From positions 3,808,001 through 3,872,000 of the forward strand of contig CM000208.1 of NCBI GenBank assembly GCA_000002445.1: a stretch of DNA of 64,000 nt, read 5' to 3'. Under the pieces are notes generated by a model. It did no database searches and was not told the origin of the DNA. It saw only the letters and a program-made list of their open reading frames with translations. Positions within the stretch are counted from its first letter, which is position 1. Each line of letters opens with the position of its first letter. Both the position numbers and the translations under genes were made by a program. Below are positions 62,101 through 64,000 of the stretch, piece after piece. This stretch comes from Trypanosoma brucei (Eukaryota).

Positions 62101-62836
62101 CGTGCCGCCAACCGCACGCCTGGACCCCGACGTGTACCGAAAGTTGTGGAATGGCCTCCGAGTGCGAGTTGGTGTGCACACCGGATTGTGTGACATTCGC
62201 CACGATGAGGTGACAAAGGGTTACGACTACTATGGTCATACGTCGAACATGGCTGCCCGCACAGAGAGCGCTGCGAATGGTGGACAGATATTGCTGACAC
62301 GTGCAACATACCTTTCGCTAAGCACAGCAGAGCGTGAGCAACTTGACGTCACTGCGCTGGGCGCCGTCCCACTGCGTGGCGTTCCCGATCCGGTCGAAAT
62401 GTACCAAGTTGATGCTGTGGTCGGTCGGTCCTTCGCTGCACTGCGCCTCGACGGGGAAGTCGATCTGGTCGCTGAAAGTGAATTAGCTGTTTGCCACGCC
62501 AGTGACACCAGTTCAGCTACTACTGCCCTGGATGAATCATCGCAGATCATCACCAGCTGCTTTGAGACGCTGCTTGGCGCATTCACTCCTTCCAAGCGGC
62601 GAGACCTGCTGTTGCCTATCTGCGAGCGTTGGCGTGTGACGTTGCCACAGAAAACCAAGTCCGTGTGGGATGATAACGACTGTCAGGAGGTTATGCGGCG
62701 TATAGCAACAAAAGTGGGCCGTGTGGTGGACTTCCATGTTGTGGATGACGGCGGTTGCTCGACGGAAACAGTAAGCAGTGCATCGGTGATTATTATATCT
62801 AATCATGTGGAGGATTTCACCGCGCATCAAACTTAG
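59126..62836 (+). CDS. Receptor-type adenylate cyclase (trypanosome GRESAG4/ESAG4-like): signal peptide, large extracellular periplasmic-binding-protein-like region, single TM, class III cyclase catalytic domain.
   Basis: N-terminal hydrophobic signal LVGAAPLPVLLLLLLSVMCVKA. TM segment LAGVIASSILVALLLVALTTVLLHV. Catalytic core IVFTDIESSTAQWAAHPDVMADAVAAHHKLIRALISQYECYEVKTVGDSFMIASRS...RVRVGVHTG...GYDYYGHTSNMAARTESAANGGQILLT is the hallmark trypanosome adenylate cyclase sequence. Confidence 0.9.
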   Translation: MCVGTRAAGFGGSAADTSIVVGPARRRSYCGRALVGAAPLPVLLLLLLSVMCVKADIEIEVFSLLHHQKIEKRFVEAVNAGFNASMTSRRWKTAPSVHIKVMHPFTPSASPVSGFQQAVERNRGKLFVVVGPLGDFGTVSSLITLLAEQDVVAFAPLTGSSGGRGWNPNLYFTRASPSAELLALIRYALGRLRTIRLGFMYLHNVFFGVEEYDVAQRILRRMGYGFCGVFTLSSSLTGVASTRHFDSAWNTFVESRPQAVIVFAPPVGDTARFIRNLVADSRTRSAYVLVPSMLQFAIENMWREALAFADSPFVDGQVVVTGTNPLARDTQYHAIRRFQRDVRSYLKSNPGVTVFNASSNFDHDDIDGQLLVYGWITGEVLAQALSVPERLTDRKTFMQSLYDQRRYVIDDLVIGDYGGECAGWAAGQGAMCWCNQGGNTVHVRVISRGYRLLDAPDGIMMFDSSHCYPSEVEMQAPFNGVSVLIPDRPTALHAAVEMEEGASLLEVREHNQDSRLFFDTIVSPFSGAAEELQREWSTKITTAVLGVVDEAMLKTPGVAFIDPVPLAPRLNKMERNVIHLSPTLEQQFYVCTSYLSRNDKKRLHIVIRSIDAAAIEDVLKKTLATFSVEPQSVVVLDGNATVEGHLPDSGDVYVIGLTAADPVVIAAHLNSHDSARVFVPFFDVVLLHEEFFNAFEGVSSADRVLFATNLPHWADEITASEVVQKFYTAERNASRRTPLSLLGFATAYFMRVIISPMKAMNATALVDSIFAQSVVNVGEMRYGPFADDGCFLKGVPRLTGCAVNYGATQISVWSMARALNASIPPLTNPMTPSMRYLDPDAGKLSRGQLAGVIASSILVALLLVALTTVLLHVSRHNTRDNNSAPKEPTEPVTIVFTDIESSTAQWAAHPDVMADAVAAHHKLIRALISQYECYEVKTVGDSFMIASRSAFMAVQLVRDLQRAFLRHDWGASVFDEYYRSLEQDRASESEGYVPPTARLDPDVYRKLWNGLRVRVGVHTGLCDIRHDEVTKGYDYYGHTSNMAARTESAANGGQILLTRATYLSLSTAEREQLDVTALGAVPLRGVPDPVEMYQVDAVVGRSFAALRLDGEVDLVAESELAVCHASDTSSATTALDESSQIITSCFETLLGAFTPSKRRDLLLPICERWRVTLPQKTKSVWDDNDCQEVMRRIATKVGRVVDFHVVDDGGCSTETVSSASVIIISNHVEDFTAHQT

Positions 62837-62918
62837 CTGGTATGCTCTTCTGTGGGTACATGTGTGGCTTTCACTTCCCGTGTGGCAGTTCTTTTCTGAA
62901 CTCCGTTTTGCTGTCCTC

Positions 62919-62935
62919 TTTTTTTTTTTTTTTTT
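62919..62935. repeat. T17 homopolymer in the 3' flank of the adenylate cyclase gene.
   Basis: Read directly from the sequence. It is a plausible poly(Y) element governing polyadenylation and downstream trans-splicing. Confidence 0.8.
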
Positions 62936-64000
62936 GAGCATCTTTTTCTTTTAAATAGCGTGCGAATGCAATAAGCCGCGTCTATATACCACCCCTCCAT
63001 TTTGTTTGTCCCCTTCACGGTGCTTTCCGCGGTTAAGCATATAGTGTTTCTATCAGTCACCCTCTTTGTCTCTTAAGTATTTGTTTTTGTTTTTACTTCG
63101 CTCATACATTGGACCATTCATGGTGAAGCATTCTCAATTTATGTCGCCTTCACCATATTATCGATTCTTTTATGCTGTTCTGACAAATGTGTTCAGTTAA
63201 GCCGCAATCGGGTGTCTTGTTTGGATTACTTTATGTTACGCTACCTACGTGCATTTCTTCCTCCTGTTGCATGCGAGGCCATATGACGTTTATTGTGTTC
63301 CTTATTTTATTTTTATTTGTTTGCTGTTCTGCTGCTAAGCTGGTGTTATACGGCGCCCACGGTCCTTAGTTTGTAACTGCACGCGATTGTGCAGTGGATT
63401 CCGTGCTTTTGATTCAACTGCGGGCTGTCCCCTTGCCACTCCGGTGCGGCCGTGCCATGGTTGTGTATTTGATGTGTGGTTAGCTTGATGTAAAGCCCCT
63501 TCTCTGAACCTGGATTTTTCAATGTCGTTGCGCTCCCACTATTTTTATTGCTTAGCGTTTTATGTGTGTCTTTATCAACAACCACCTTGCAGCAAGTGTA
63601 GAATTGTTTAAATTACTTTGAGGGGGCCGGTATCGCCGACGTTGTAAGTCGGTACCCTGACATTATGCTGAACTCGCGGAGCTTTCAGCATATGTAGGCA
63701 GCATGGCTTCGGTACGTTGGTGAAGTAGCGTGCCTGAGTTGACACATCATCTGCTGATGTTAAGAAGCTTCCCACACTTGTTGAATCCGCCATGCTCGCC
63801 ACCAATCACGCGGCATCCACGGACCACTTGTTTGTGTGGAACGGGGCTTTCGGTTGAATACGTATCACAACGCAACTCGGGGTTTCACCAATCGCAACGC
63901 GGCCACCAAGAGCGTTGTAAGAAACCAAAGCAACAAGAGAACGACTCCCACTCTTGATATCCGAGAGGCGGCGCTGAGCCTTCGCGGGTCCTCCACAAGA

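Overview
The window reads as one co-directional gene cluster. Every convincing ORF is on the + strand, and genes are separated by pyrimidine-rich, (TA)n- and (GT)n-bearing spacers. That layout and the gene content point to a trypanosomatid (Trypanosoma-like) polycistronic transcription unit. Supporting genes are a TBP-related factor 4-like protein, a receptor-type adenylate cyclase with GRESAG4 architecture, a GUP1-like MBOAT and PEX12. About 25 protein-coding genes are recognisable by eye from the translations. Beyond those already named, they include a CstF50-like WD40 protein, a COX19 twin-Cx9C protein, an actin-related protein, the FCF1/UTP24 PIN nuclease, a SURP-domain protein, a divergent protein kinase, a CDF metal transporter, an RMD/FAM82 TPR protein and a class-3 lipase. 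An adenylate-cyclase gene fragment (pseudogene) sits just upstream of the full-length adenylate cyclase. The structure not explained by protein genes is as follows. (1) A 4.9-kb array of near-identical 1208-bp tandem repeats (2307-7235) fills the spacer between the first gene and the CstF50-like gene. It is strongly enriched for box C (TGATGA) and box D (CTGA) motifs on the + strand, and one candidate has a terminal stem, so I interpret it as a tandem snoRNA gene cluster. (2) Perfect in-frame 525-bp (175-aa) tandem repeats lie inside a 1748-aa RING-finger ORF. (3) A perfect ~28-bp-stem hairpin lies just 3' of that ORF. (4) Identical 221-bp direct duplicates flank the GUP1-like gene, and each starts a small ORF with the same presequence-like N-terminus. 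No tRNA, rRNA, CRISPR or prokaryotic-type element was seen. All functional calls rest on motif and family recognition by eye, with no searches run.
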